64,000 nucleotides of DNA from an uncultured Lachnospiraceae bacterium (GCA_964651555.1 CAZYVY010000002.1:27682-91681); one strand, 5' to 3'; counted from the first letter of the stretch, positions 31,313 through 40,922 are shown. Translations and numbers: made by a program. The notes: generated by a model from the letters alone, not told the origin.

Positions 31313-31341
31313 TTGATTTTTTGATATAAATTGCATATAAT
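31313..31341 (+). promoter_or_regulatory. sigmaA promoter of the type III TA locus
   Basis: TTGATT-17bp-TATAAT. Confidence 0.8.
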
Positions 31342-31347
31342 AAAAAC

Positions 31348-31471
31348 ACAGATTGTAATATCTGTAAAGTGGTTAGAATGTCCATTTAAAACGTTCGTTT
31401 AAAAGCGGTTAGATTGTCCAATTAAAACAATCGATTAATAACAGTGGGTGGATTGCTCCACCCACTTTTTT
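31348..31471 (+). ncRNA. toxI: Type III antitoxin RNA (ToxI-like): about 2 x 36-nt repeats plus terminator
   Basis: GGTTAGA.TGTCCA.TTAAAAC..TCG.TTAA at 31371 and 31407 (36-nt period), then hairpin AGTGGGTGGA/TCCACCCACT plus T-tract (31443-31471), directly before a ToxN-family gene. Confidence 0.8.
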
Positions 31472-31488
31472 ACTTTTCAGGAGGTGCT

Positions 31489-32016
31489 ATGGATTGGTAC
31501 ATTGTAGACAAAAATTACATAAATTACCTAACACAATTTGATTCCCGCGTCGGATATGTGGAGTACGGAGAACGTTTAAAACTACATTTAGGGATACTTC
31601 TTACTATCGAAGATTTCCACTACTATGTTCCTATTTCCTCCGCAAAGCCAAAACACCAAAAGATGTCCAACAGCCTGGATTTCCACAAACTTCAGGATGA
31701 ATCTACCGGATATCTTTACGCTGTATTAAATATCAATAATATGATTCCGGTTCCTGACAGTTGCCTTACACAATTAAAATATAATCAGGTGGAAAATTTC
31801 CGTTCATTCAACAATGAAAAGGAAAAAACCGACTATATTTACCTTCTTCAGAAAGAAAAAGCTTTAATTGATAATGTTCAAGACATTCTACAAAACAAAG
31901 CTATGAAATTATATCAGAGGTGCATTGCCCAACCGAAATCTTCACTTGCAACAAGATGCTGTAATTTTAAAGTGCTGGAAGAAAAATGCCGTTCTTATGA
32001 CACATCATTATCTTAA
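31489..32016 (+). CDS. toxN: Type III toxin, ToxN/AbiQ family endoribonuclease
   Basis: Y.VD..YI.YL..FD.RV, GI.L.....YYVPISS.K.KH, LN.NNMIPVP, C.F..LE..C; GGAGGT RBS; promoter-repeats-terminator-toxin layout. Confidence 0.88.
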   Translation: MDWYIVDKNYINYLTQFDSRVGYVEYGERLKLHLGILLTIEDFHYYVPISSAKPKHQKMSNSLDFHKLQDESTGYLYAVLNINNMIPVPDSCLTQLKYNQVENFRSFNNEKEKTDYIYLLQKEKALIDNVQDILQNKAMKLYQRCIAQPKSSLATRCCNFKVLEEKCRSYDTSLS

Positions 32017-32123
32017 TATATCTTTGCTACTGCTCTCTTTAAATAACTTATCCAAATTGATTTATCATTTATCCATTTTAACTAACATTTAATAATGCGC
32101 AATCATTTTGTGTTACAAATCAC

Positions 32124-32288
32124 CTATTCAAGACAAAGAATAAAAACATATATAAACATCCAATTTAGCATTACATATATCGAAATCACAGATATTGCAG
32201 TCGTTAATCCCAACCAAAATTTCTTATTTTTTAAAATAGGAATTATTTTTTCTCTGCATATCAAAAAAATAATTGCTGCTATTATACA
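32124..32288 (-). pseudogene. 5'-truncated small 2-TM gene, paralog of 33572-33765
   Basis: Reads CIIAAIIFLICREKIIPILKNKKFWL...FILCLE* with no in-frame start; matches ILKNKIFWL...FILICILA* of the paralog. Confidence 0.55.
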
Positions 32289-32335
32289 ATCAATTCTCCC
32301 GTTTTACATCAGTGAATTACATAAATATTATTCTT

Positions 32336-32854
32336 CTACTCGTTCGTAATATATATCGCCACCTGTCCGATTGTCGATACAGAAATGTATCTTGCATCTT
32401 TTTCTCCCGGATAATACAGATATCCAAACATAATATCTGGCAACCAATATTCAATATATGGAAATTTTATAGACTCATCAGCAACATATGTATTCTCGCA
32501 GATCCACAATCCTTTACCATATTCATATGCCTCGTCTTCTTTTTCTTCATCTGTAATCTGATGATATAAACTGCCTTGATAGTATATGGTATCTCTTCCT
32601 TCAATATAATATCCCACAAAACAATCTCCGCGTACCCTCATTAATATGGGAGTTATAATAATATATAAAAGAATAACCCCAACAGGTATTAATGCAATTA
32701 ATGCCATTAGTATTCCTGCTATTTTCCATGTCTTTTTTTTTGAAGAAAGCAATAATTTTTCACGGTTTTTGTATGAAACACAAGCTAAAACAAACTCTAT
32801 TACAATAAAAACCGCACAGATAATAAGTATAATATTAATGATACTTCTCATCAT
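32336..32854 (-). CDS. Putative immunity protein (2 TM plus outer domain), frameshifted near the 3' end
   Basis: Paralog of 32924-33424 (YKNRE, RGDCF, FPY.EYW..DI); an alternative frame gives GGDIYYERVEE* ending at 32328, matching the paralog's GGTDFYRRAEE*. Confidence 0.65.
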   Translation of the reverse strand: MMRSIINIILIICAVFIVIEFVLACVSYKNREKLLLSSKKKTWKIAGILMALIALIPVGVILLYIIITPILMRVRGDCFVGYYIEGRDTIYYQGSLYHQITDEEKEDEAYEYGKGLWICENTYVADESIKFPYIEYWLPDIMFGYLYYPGEKDARYISVSTIGQVAIYITNE

Positions 32855-32885
32855 TTACCTCCATATATTTACATTCTCCAACCTC

Positions 32886-32915
32886 CCCCCACCGCAGATT
32901 ATTCTGCGGTGAGGG
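32886..32915. repeat. Cassette-boundary inverted repeat, copy 2
   Basis: CCCCCACCGCAG-ATTATT-CTGCGGTGAGGG; no U-tract on either side. Confidence 0.85.
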
Positions 32916-32923
32916 CCAATCAC

Positions 32924-33424
32924 TTATTCCTCTGCTCTTCGATAAAAATCTGTACCTCCCAATGTATGGGTTATCATATACTCACCATCACCTGACACTT
33001 CAAATTCCTCTAAAAAAATATCTAATTCCCAATATTCAAGATATGGGAAACGCATTGGACCTTGTAACACATATCCTTCTCCGCCTGACCAATCTCCGTC
33101 AACGGTATCGTACATCTTTCTAATCTCTGCATTATCCGTAAACTCCACATAAGCTTCTTCATTATATGAAATAAAATGATGGTCGCCAATATAAACATGC
33201 TGCGCCGTAAAACAATCTCCACGTATCAACATTAATACCATTGTATAGTTTGCATACCATAAAAATGGCGCTAACAATATAAGTAACATAATTACCCATG
33301 TTGCCTTTTTCTTCATCAATCGTTTAAATCGTTCTCTGTTTTTATATGGGCCAAACGCGAAGATAAAAGAAAATATAATCAGCAACGCTGCTAAAATAAT
33401 TATAAGATTAAATATAACTCTCAT
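32924..33424 (-). CDS. Putative immunity protein (2 TM plus outer domain)
   Basis: GAGGTG RBS; paralog of 32336-32854; directly follows an orphan toxin tail. Confidence 0.7.
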   Translation of the reverse strand: MRVIFNLIIILAALLIIFSFIFAFGPYKNRERFKRLMKKKATWVIMLLILLAPFLWYANYTMVLMLIRGDCFTAQHVYIGDHHFISYNEEAYVEFTDNAEIRKMYDTVDGDWSGGEGYVLQGPMRFPYLEYWELDIFLEEFEVSGDGEYMITHTLGGTDFYRRAEE

Positions 33425-33440
33425 AATTCACCTCACACTT

Positions 33441-33518
33441 TTATGAATTAGAAACAACAATATTGGTAATATCTGAACTCTGTGTAAAAGTTGCTACTCC
33501 TGTCATTTCACCAATGGT
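33441..33518 (-). pseudogene. Orphan C-terminal tail of an alternative toxin allele
   Basis: TIGEMTGVATFTQSSDITNIVVSNS* aligns to the end of the 33790 protein, SIGKISGYATFTDANSEILNFQLNY*. Confidence 0.75.
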
Positions 33519-33547
33519 CCCTCACCGCAGAAAACCTGCGGTGAGGG
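33519..33547. repeat. Cassette-boundary inverted repeat, copy 1
   Basis: Perfect 12-bp IR CCCTCACCGCAG-AAAAC-CTGCGGTGAGGG; no U-tract. Confidence 0.88.
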
Positions 33548-33571
33548 ATAGATTAATATTCTTCTACTATA

Positions 33572-33765
33572 CTAAGCCAAAATGCATATAAGAATAAATC
33601 TATAAAAAAAACTTAATATTATAAGATTCAATATCCAAGATATCATAAACACTACGATTAACCAAAAAATCTTGTTTTTTAATATTGTTTTTTTCCACAC
33701 AACAATAAAACAATCGTAATAATGACTACAAGAATAATAAAGAGTAATATAATATCAATCTTCAT
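33572..33765 (-). pseudogene. Small 2-TM protein (candidate cognate immunity), frameshifted in an A7 run
   Basis: GAAAGGA RBS plus ATG 33765; one extra A at 33688-33694 restores a 64-aa ORF MKIDIILL...GKKTILKNKIFWL...ILA*. Confidence 0.65.
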
Positions 33766-33789
33766 ATATTAAATCCTTTCACATCTATT

Positions 33790-36700
33790 TCAATAATTTA
33801 ACTGAAAATTTAATATTTCCGAATTAGCATCCGTAAATGTGGCATATCCGCTTATTTTCCCAATTGATAAAAATGCGTTAGATATACCGTACAAATTTAA
33901 AGAATATAAATTTGGATGGTTCTCAAATTTCCAATCATAAAAATCTAAAATATAGTAATTATACTCTATAGAATAAGCATTACCATCATAACTACATTTT
34001 GCTGTAATAACCGCATCCCCATCATTCACTCCTAAATATGCATTATAATTTAACAACTTCTCTGGTAATGTATTTATTCCATCTCCTTTTGGGTTACTGG
34101 CACATCCCCATGCCACAGTTGGAGCTGTAGCAATGTAAATCGTTTCTCCCGGCTCCAGCATTTCTAAACACATAGGCTTCACATAATATAAATTAGCTAA
34201 CAATGCATAATTTACCATGTGCGAATGTAACCAATTTCCCTCATACTCATATGTAATACCACTATTCAATAAAAAATGGTCCAAGAATACAGCTGCAACA
34301 TTTTCTATAAAATATGTAGATTCAACACTTTTAACTAGAAAAACTATACATAACCATTGATTATATTTACTATATAAATATTCTATATCATCATACTCAT
34401 TTCTTGGCGTCTGCCCAGCTATTGAAAAATCTACAGAGTTATGCAAATTAACCAAACCATATATAGGATGATTATTTCTATCGAGAGGATTTTCTAGCGT
34501 TCCAACATCTTGTGCAGTTACTTCATCTATATACATTCTGTTATACAACACATCATATGTTGGCATATAATCCAAACTATCCACATAAATAAAATCTTCC
34601 GACAAATTATCCGACTCATTCGGATTACTTATCATCTTAAAAATAGTAAACTCTCTCTTTGTTCCGGCAGCCTCCACTTTCACGGTAACATTGCTCATTT
34701 TGCCCATTTCACTACCATCGTTTCTAGTGCCGTCTTTCTTTTCGTCATCTCCATCCGTATCCGGATTCTCAGGATCTGTCGTAATGACCTTACCATTCTG
34801 TATTCTCATACCGTAGATTTCATAGCCATCACTTAAACCATCGCAATCACTATCTACATCAAGATGCGCAGTATCTCTTTCCAATTCATGTATCTCATTC
34901 CATACTGCTCTTCCTTCAGCCTGATTGCTTACATTGAAATGAAAACCTCCACTGGATACCGCCGCTTGCTCAATCACCGATACTGTTGCATCTGTTTCCG
35001 ATACTGCATAAATGGTTACACCTAATTCTTTTAGCTTTTCACAACTGTCCAATACCTTCTGGTCCTGTTCGGCTGTTTGTAACAGATATCCGTCATAAGT
35101 AAACAGTGCAACTTTAGGATTATCCGAATTTAAGTTACTATATGTATCTCTGGTATAAATTTCCACTAATTCCTCAAATCCGTCACCATATTTACCGTTT
35201 CGTCCGCCTCTCTCTGTAGAGCCGGTAGAATAAAAATGATAATACAGTATATTACTAAAATTATCGCTATATTGATCCATATTGGTGGCCCAACCGGTTC
35301 TGGTATGACCACCTTGAACATTAAAGAAACCATAGATTATATTCTCGCCATCAATATAACCGTCTGACACATCAATCATACCATAACCCTTTGTCCAGTT
35401 ACTAAAAACTGCTGCCGTAGAATCTGACATAATGGCAATATCCAAGGGTTCCCTGTACTGGGAATAATCTGTCTGTGAGAGCCATGCATTTTGCCATGTT
35501 TCCATATCCACTACCAGATATTCTGAGAAATGAGTAGTTACACAAGATACCGTATGCTGTGTTTTATCTACGGTTACATTCTCCATTTCGACAAACTCAA
35601 GATTCTCCTTATCATACCAAAGAATGCCTAAGTTATCTTCTGATGCACCATCCAGAAGTGCAGGGTCATATTGGAAGGTCAGGGTCGCTTCCTCGAATTC
35701 GATGTCTGTTGCAATCTCTACCGGTACACCAACAATACCCACAACATTTGCCACGATTTCGTCCCAGCCGGATGCATCTGCAATAAAGAACTGATCATCA
35801 ATCTCTCCCGCACAGGGTACGGTTACAGTGACGCTCTCAATTACGCTTTCCTCGTCTCCGATGACGGTTTCGGTAGTCTGGGTATACACCTCTTCACCGT
35901 CTAAGATACCATCACTGTCCGTATCTTTTATAAGAGGATTTAAAGAAAGTTTATTTTCGGTTCCGTCCTTCAAACCGTCTTCATCTGTGTCTGCCACTAA
36001 CGGGTCTGTAAACGTAACTCTGATTTCGTCTTTATCCTCGATACCGTCATCATCCGTATCTGCCATAATTACATTGGTCTGATAGGTGCATTCCTCTATG
36101 GAATTCAATCCGTCTGTATCAAAGTCTTCTTCTCCGTCGGATACACCGTTTCCGTCTGTATCATATAACAACGGATCAGTTCCTACATAAAGGAATTCAT
36201 CAAAGTCACTGATACCATCTTCGTCTGTATCCGAAAGTTCCAAATCTGTTTTTAATACGGATTCAAAATAGTTGTTTAATCCGTCCTCATCGCTGTCGTT
36301 TAAATCAATGTTTACGCGGCCCATGTTTGCACCGGTAACATCAATGAGACGTATGCTTTGTTCTTTTACAACGTCATTGTCCAACTCTAATGTGAAGGTA
36401 AGTATGTTAACACCGATTGCAAGTCCGAATTCCGGAATTGTCCAGGAATCCTTCGGGGTTACTCCGTTTGCTCGGTGGAATATGGTTCCTTCTAACAGAA
36501 TTGTCTCATTTACATCTTTTAAAATATAGCTTACCTTCTCTACCTGCTCGGCTCCGGTTAAGGTTCCTGTAAGCTCGTGAATTTCACCATCTACATAGTA
36601 GGTATCTTCTAAGTCACCTGCCCGTAAGTTTTCTGTATTAACTATGATATTGCTCTCTTCCGGGTCGATATCTTCAGATGTATCCTCGCTTGGTTCTTCG

Positions 36701-38039
36701 GAAGTTTCTTCGCTATTATCCTCGGAAGGTTCCTCTGAAACATCCTCACTACTATCTTCGGAAGGGTCTTCACTAACATCCTCTGAAGGCTCTTCGCTTG
36801 GTTCTTCGGAAGGGTCTTCACTAATATCCTCTGAGGGCTCTTCGGATATGTCTTCCGAAGGATCCTCACTCACATCTTCTGTGGGTTCTTCCGTTGTGTC
36901 TTCAATATCCGCACCGGAATTTACGACACACATATGTACCACATCCAATTCATGTGCATCTCCGTTTGCCCGGAAGCCTACTGTAAAACTGCCTCCAACT
37001 TCAATATTCTGACGACTATCTGTATTTCGAATAGTATATACACCATCTTCTACGGATACAATATCTGCATTCCACAAATCAACGATTTCGTCTGCACATG
37101 TAAATGACAGGCACCAGTCTTCCAATTTCTGCTCTCCAAGGTTTGTAATTCTAATCTCTCCGGTATATCCGCCTTCCCATTCATTTACGGTTACTGTTTC
37201 AACCTGATAAGACGAAACCGGCACGAAGCTTTCTACCTCATGCACTACAAAACCTTCCGGTAAATCTGCACTGTCGGTATATGATACCTGAAAACCAAAG
37301 GTGATAGTTTCACCTACGTTTATATCCTGATTATATTCTACATTCTTAATGTAGTAAACACAATCTTTTCTTTCTTCAATCTTGCCATTGTAAATGTTGC
37401 TGATTTCATCATCGCAGGCAAATGCAATCATCCAGTTATGAATTGTCTCTGATGATGTATTTGTAATTTCTACTTTTGCATTGTAGTTGCCTGCCCATAC
37501 ATCTTCAATGGAATACTTCACTGTACAACCGTTTTCTTCAAATATGTAAGAAGTTCCCGCTTTTAATTCTTCTTTTACAAATTCTTCACTGTCATTTTCA
37601 GTTTCTACAACTCCAAACACCTTAACCACTGGTGCGGCACTTTCACCTGTACAATTTGCAGTAAAACCTACCGTTACACACCTGCCGGAATCTCCTGATT
37701 CCAGCCTGCATTCTGGATGATATATTCAGAATCCTCGCCCGATGTAAGACTCGCATTCCATACATCTGTCAGCTTATCTTCATTATGCATGGTAATATAC
37801 CAATCCGCAATCGTTTTATCACCTGCATTCGTTATGATAAGCTCTGCCTGATAACCACCCTCCCAAGAGTTTGTGGTTACAATTTCCGTGTTACAAAGTT
37901 CTGTGACCTCTGCCACAGTTTCCCGTGCAAATGCTGTCAGTTTAAGCTGCGGTAATACATAGCACAATACCAACAGCATTGCCAGGAACATACTGCCCAA
38001 TCTCTTTGCAGTATGCTTGATAGATTTCTTCTTTTGCAT
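33790..38039 (-). pseudogene. Giant secreted protein (signal peptide, 3x CBM2, acidic linker, DxDxDG Ca-binding repeats, VWA-like domain, variable toxin-like C-terminus), split by a frameshift near 37680
   Basis: ORFs 37674-38039 and 33790-37629 join inside the first CBM2 (NQEIPAG / VTVGFTAN); W.GGY...I.N, WNA motifs three times; DTD.DG..DG.E repeats; TTHFS.Y. Confidence 0.8.
36644..36900. repeat. Degenerate 12/24-bp coding repeat (SEDP/SEEP linker)
   Basis: (S-E-D/E-x)n peptide repeat with synonymous divergence at the DNA level. Confidence 0.8.
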
Positions 38040-38090
38040 CTTTCACTGCCTCCTTTTTTGGTTTTTGTAAAATTGCTTTTACATAAACAA

Positions 38091-38119
38091 TAACGAAACG
38101 AGAGGGGCAGTTTGTGACA
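38091..38119 (-). promoter_or_regulatory. ECF-type promoter motif upstream of the CBM2 toxin gene
   Basis: TGTCACAAA-N12-TTTCGTTA. Confidence 0.75.
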
Positions 38120-38271
38120 AAAAATTATTATTTATATTTTATATTTTATTAGTTTCATATTTTATTAATAAATTTATAATTATACCAATCCAAAACTATT
38201 ATATTTAGTAAATACATTTTTTTAGACATTATAAAATATGATTATTAAAAAAATATAAATTTGTATAAAAA

Positions 38272-38300
38272 TGTAACAAATTATGTCACTAATTTCGTTA
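38272..38300 (+). promoter_or_regulatory. ECF-type promoter motif upstream of the HAM1-Sir2 pair
   Basis: TGTAACAAA-N12-TTTCGTTA. Confidence 0.72.
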
Positions 38301-38391
38301 TAGTTTATATAGAGTTAAATTATATTTTTAGATAACACCTAGATATTCCTACGTTAAAAATATAAACAACACATTCGGAAGGAGGATACAT

Positions 38392-38943
38392 ATGGTAATT
38401 TATTTTTTATCGTCGAATCAACACAAAATTAAAGAAGTACAAACAATATTAAACTCACCGGTTCTTGATGTACTTCCGGTTTCAAAAAAAATCAATGAAA
38501 TTCAAAGCGATAATATGCATGAAATTGTGATTGATAAGGCACTTAAAGCTTTTCAGCAAATCGGACGTCCGGTTTTGGTCGAGCAAACAGGATTGCTGAT
38601 AAAAGATTTTGGTAATTTGCCGGGAGGGTTAACACAATTTTTCTGGGATGCGCTGCAAGCAGAAAAATTTAGCAATATTTTTTCTAAAATAGGAAAAGCT
38701 GAAGTAACCGCTAAAACAGTTTTAGCTTTTTGCGATGGAAAACGCATTCGCATTTTTGAAGGTGAAATTGAAGGAAATATTATTTGTCCGCCTAGAGGTG
38801 ATACTTCTTTTCAGTGGGATTGTATATTTCAACCCGTTGGATATGATAAAACCTTTGCCGAATTAGGTGAAGAGAAAAATGATATATCAATGCGAAAAAT
38901 CGCTTTACAAAAATTGAAATTATATTTGGAGGAAACAATATGA
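38392..38943 (+). CDS. komB: HAM1/ITPase-fold protein with altered catalytic motifs (KomB-like)
   Basis: SSN.HK.KE, EIQ, KA..A, LPG, F.WD.IFQP.G..KTFAE; VEQTGL instead of EDTGL and ISMR instead of ISHR; coupled to the Sir2 gene by ATGA overlap. Confidence 0.75.
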   Translation: MVIYFLSSNQHKIKEVQTILNSPVLDVLPVSKKINEIQSDNMHEIVIDKALKAFQQIGRPVLVEQTGLLIKDFGNLPGGLTQFFWDALQAEKFSNIFSKIGKAEVTAKTVLAFCDGKRIRIFEGEIEGNIICPPRGDTSFQWDCIFQPVGYDKTFAELGEEKNDISMRKIALQKLKLYLEETI

Positions 38944-39728
38944 TTGAAGATTTAAAGAACTCTATCAAAACCAAAAACACAATTCTATTTGTTGGGGCCG
39001 GTGTCTCTGCGACTTTAGGATTACCTACATGGGGAGAATTAATATCAAAAATTGCAAATGACTTAGGCTATGACGACAATCTTTTTAAACAATACGGTAA
39101 CAGCCTGACCCTCGCAGAATACTATGTATTGTCAAAAGGCCGCATTGGCGAATTACGAAGTTGGATGGATTGTAATTGGAATATAAGTGAAGAACAAATT
39201 AGAGCCTCCCGGATTTATGAAGCAATCTCCAAATTAGATTTTCCTATAATCTATACAACCAACTATGATCATTGTTTAGAAACAGCACTAAGCTGTTGGC
39301 AAAAAAAATACAAAAAAATAGTTGATGTCGCAGATTTAGTCAATTTAGACTGCAACACCACACAATTAGTTAAGTACCATGGTGATACTATATCCGACGA
39401 ATCAATTGTGCTAACAGAAAGCAGTTATTTTGAACGCTTAAATTTTGAATCTCCACTAGATATAAAATTGCGTTCAGATATGTTAGGAAAGTCGATTCTA
39501 TTCATAGGATATAGTCTTTCTGATATCAATATTCGTTTATTAATATACAAGTTGGACCAGCTCTGGAAAAATAGCAATGAAACCAAACGCCCCAATTCAT
39601 ACATATTTCTTCCTACACCCAATCCGATACAGGAAACAATATTGCAAAGTAGAGGTATACATGCAATAGTCGGAAATGAATTAGACAAAAAAGAAAGTAT
39701 GGAAAACTTTTTGTTGAGTTTGCTATAA
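38940..39728 (+). CDS. komC: SIR2-family NADase (KomC-like)
   Basis: LFVGAGVS..LGLPTW, YTTNYD, KYHG, LFIGYSLSD.NI. Confidence 0.8.
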   Translation: MIEDLKNSIKTKNTILFVGAGVSATLGLPTWGELISKIANDLGYDDNLFKQYGNSLTLAEYYVLSKGRIGELRSWMDCNWNISEEQIRASRIYEAISKLDFPIIYTTNYDHCLETALSCWQKKYKKIVDVADLVNLDCNTTQLVKYHGDTISDESIVLTESSYFERLNFESPLDIKLRSDMLGKSILFIGYSLSDINIRLLIYKLDQLWKNSNETKRPNSYIFLPTPNPIQETILQSRGIHAIVGNELDKKESMENFLLSLL

Positions 39729-39738
39729 TATAACACAG

Positions 39739-39770
39739 AAAAAACCGTAAGATTAAGTCTTACGGTTTTT
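39739..39770. terminator. Bidirectional terminator between the convergent defence-like operons
   Basis: AAAAACCGTAAGA/TCTTACGGTTTTT. Confidence 0.85.
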
Positions 39771-39795
39771 AATTCTGTTAATAATCATAATTCTA

Positions 39796-40920
39796 TTAAA
39801 ATATATAAGGAATACTTGATCTTGTAATTATAACACCACTTCTAGTAAATATATGAGATTTTATAAATTCCTTACCCAAAATATTATTAGGATCACTCTC
39901 GATCTCTCGTATTATTTTTTGTACATAAAAATATGTAGCTTTCTTAATCGATTCAAAATCCTCTTTATCAATATCATTTCTATTCGAAAGGTAAACCATT
40001 AACTCATTATAAGAACCATCGTTTTTATTTTCGATATATAACGAGTCAAGATAGCTTTTTACTCTTTCAATATAATCATCAGAATTTTTAATTCCAACCT
40101 TAACACTTTCATTATTCAAAAAGTGTTCTAAACTGTCAAATACAATTTGTTGATTCATACCCGGACCAATCATTATCTCCCATATTGGCCATCCATGTTC
40201 ACACTTAATATTTAAATATGGTTTTAAAATCTTATTGTCATGACGATATTTGATATGAGGTGGAAAGGCAACATCTTTAGGGCTAAAAGCAAGTCTATAC
40301 TCATTTTCTTGATAAAAATCATATCTTTTAATAATTGTGCTGATCTTTTTTAATCCCTCTGTTTCCCGCAAGTCCGGATTACGAAGTTTCTCATAATATA
40401 TTTCTTTAATAATCTCTGTCGCTATTTCTTCATATTCATTCTTCTCCATAGATTCTTTAGTAAAATAAAATATTTTTTTGGGAGAAATTTTCCATGTAGC
40501 GAGCTGATTAGCCTGTTCTTCTGCGCAAGATGTTCTTTTCTTCACTCTTGACTCAGTAGTAAAGGTATAATCTTCTTCCTTAAAATTCATTTTCAAACTT
40601 GTTCCAGACTCTTTAGCATATATAGCCCACTGACTTAAAAGATCATTTGTAGCACAAAATGATATTGAATAAAATTCTGTATCTTTACTATTTGACATCC
40701 AATCTTCCTCACTCAAAGAGGCCAAATCTAACTCCGCTGCCAAAGGAATCTTTTTTAATAAATCTTTATCTTCGGATAATATCCTAAGTTCATTAAGACC
40801 GTTTAAATATTCCTGGGAGTCGTTCATATAACGTATATTCGTTGCATAAATATTACCGCCTTGCAAAATATAATGCATTGAATCAGTAGATGTATAATAA
40901 TATAACTCCATTCGACGCAC
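39796..40920 (-). CDS. DUF2971-like protein
   Basis: LYYYTS, YMND..E, SISFC...DLLSQW..YA, K...F..ENEYR, I.IGP, S.IPY. Confidence 0.7.
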   Translation of the reverse strand: MRRMELYYYTSTDSMHYILQGGNIYATNIRYMNDSQEYLNGLNELRILSEDKDLLKKIPLAAELDLASLSEEDWMSNSKDTEFYSISFCATNDLLSQWAIYAKESGTSLKMNFKEEDYTFTTESRVKKRTSCAEEQANQLATWKISPKKIFYFTKESMEKNEYEEIATEIIKEIYYEKLRNPDLRETEGLKKISTIIKRYDFYQENEYRLAFSPKDVAFPPHIKYRHDNKILKPYLNIKCEHGWPIWEIMIGPGMNQQIVFDSLEHFLNNESVKVGIKNSDDYIERVKSYLDSLYIENKNDGSYNELMVYLSNRNDIDKEDFESIKKATYFYVQKIIREIESDPNNILGKEFIKSHIFTRSGVIITRSSIPYIF

Positions 40921-40922
40921 CT

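Noticed and set aside
31366..31440. Mini CRISPR array (36-nt period)
   Set aside because: Repeats are contiguous with no spacers and precede toxN, so they fit ToxI; no cas genes
32076..32103. dif/Xer-like site (ATTGCGCATTA-TTAAAT-GTTAGTTAAAA, minus strand) and a weaker one near 31244
   Set aside because: Too degenerate in AT-rich DNA to distinguish from chance by eye
38940..39728. Thoeris, Sir2-HerA or DSR call
   Set aside because: No TIR, SLOG, HerA or long sensor domain; the partner is HAM1-like
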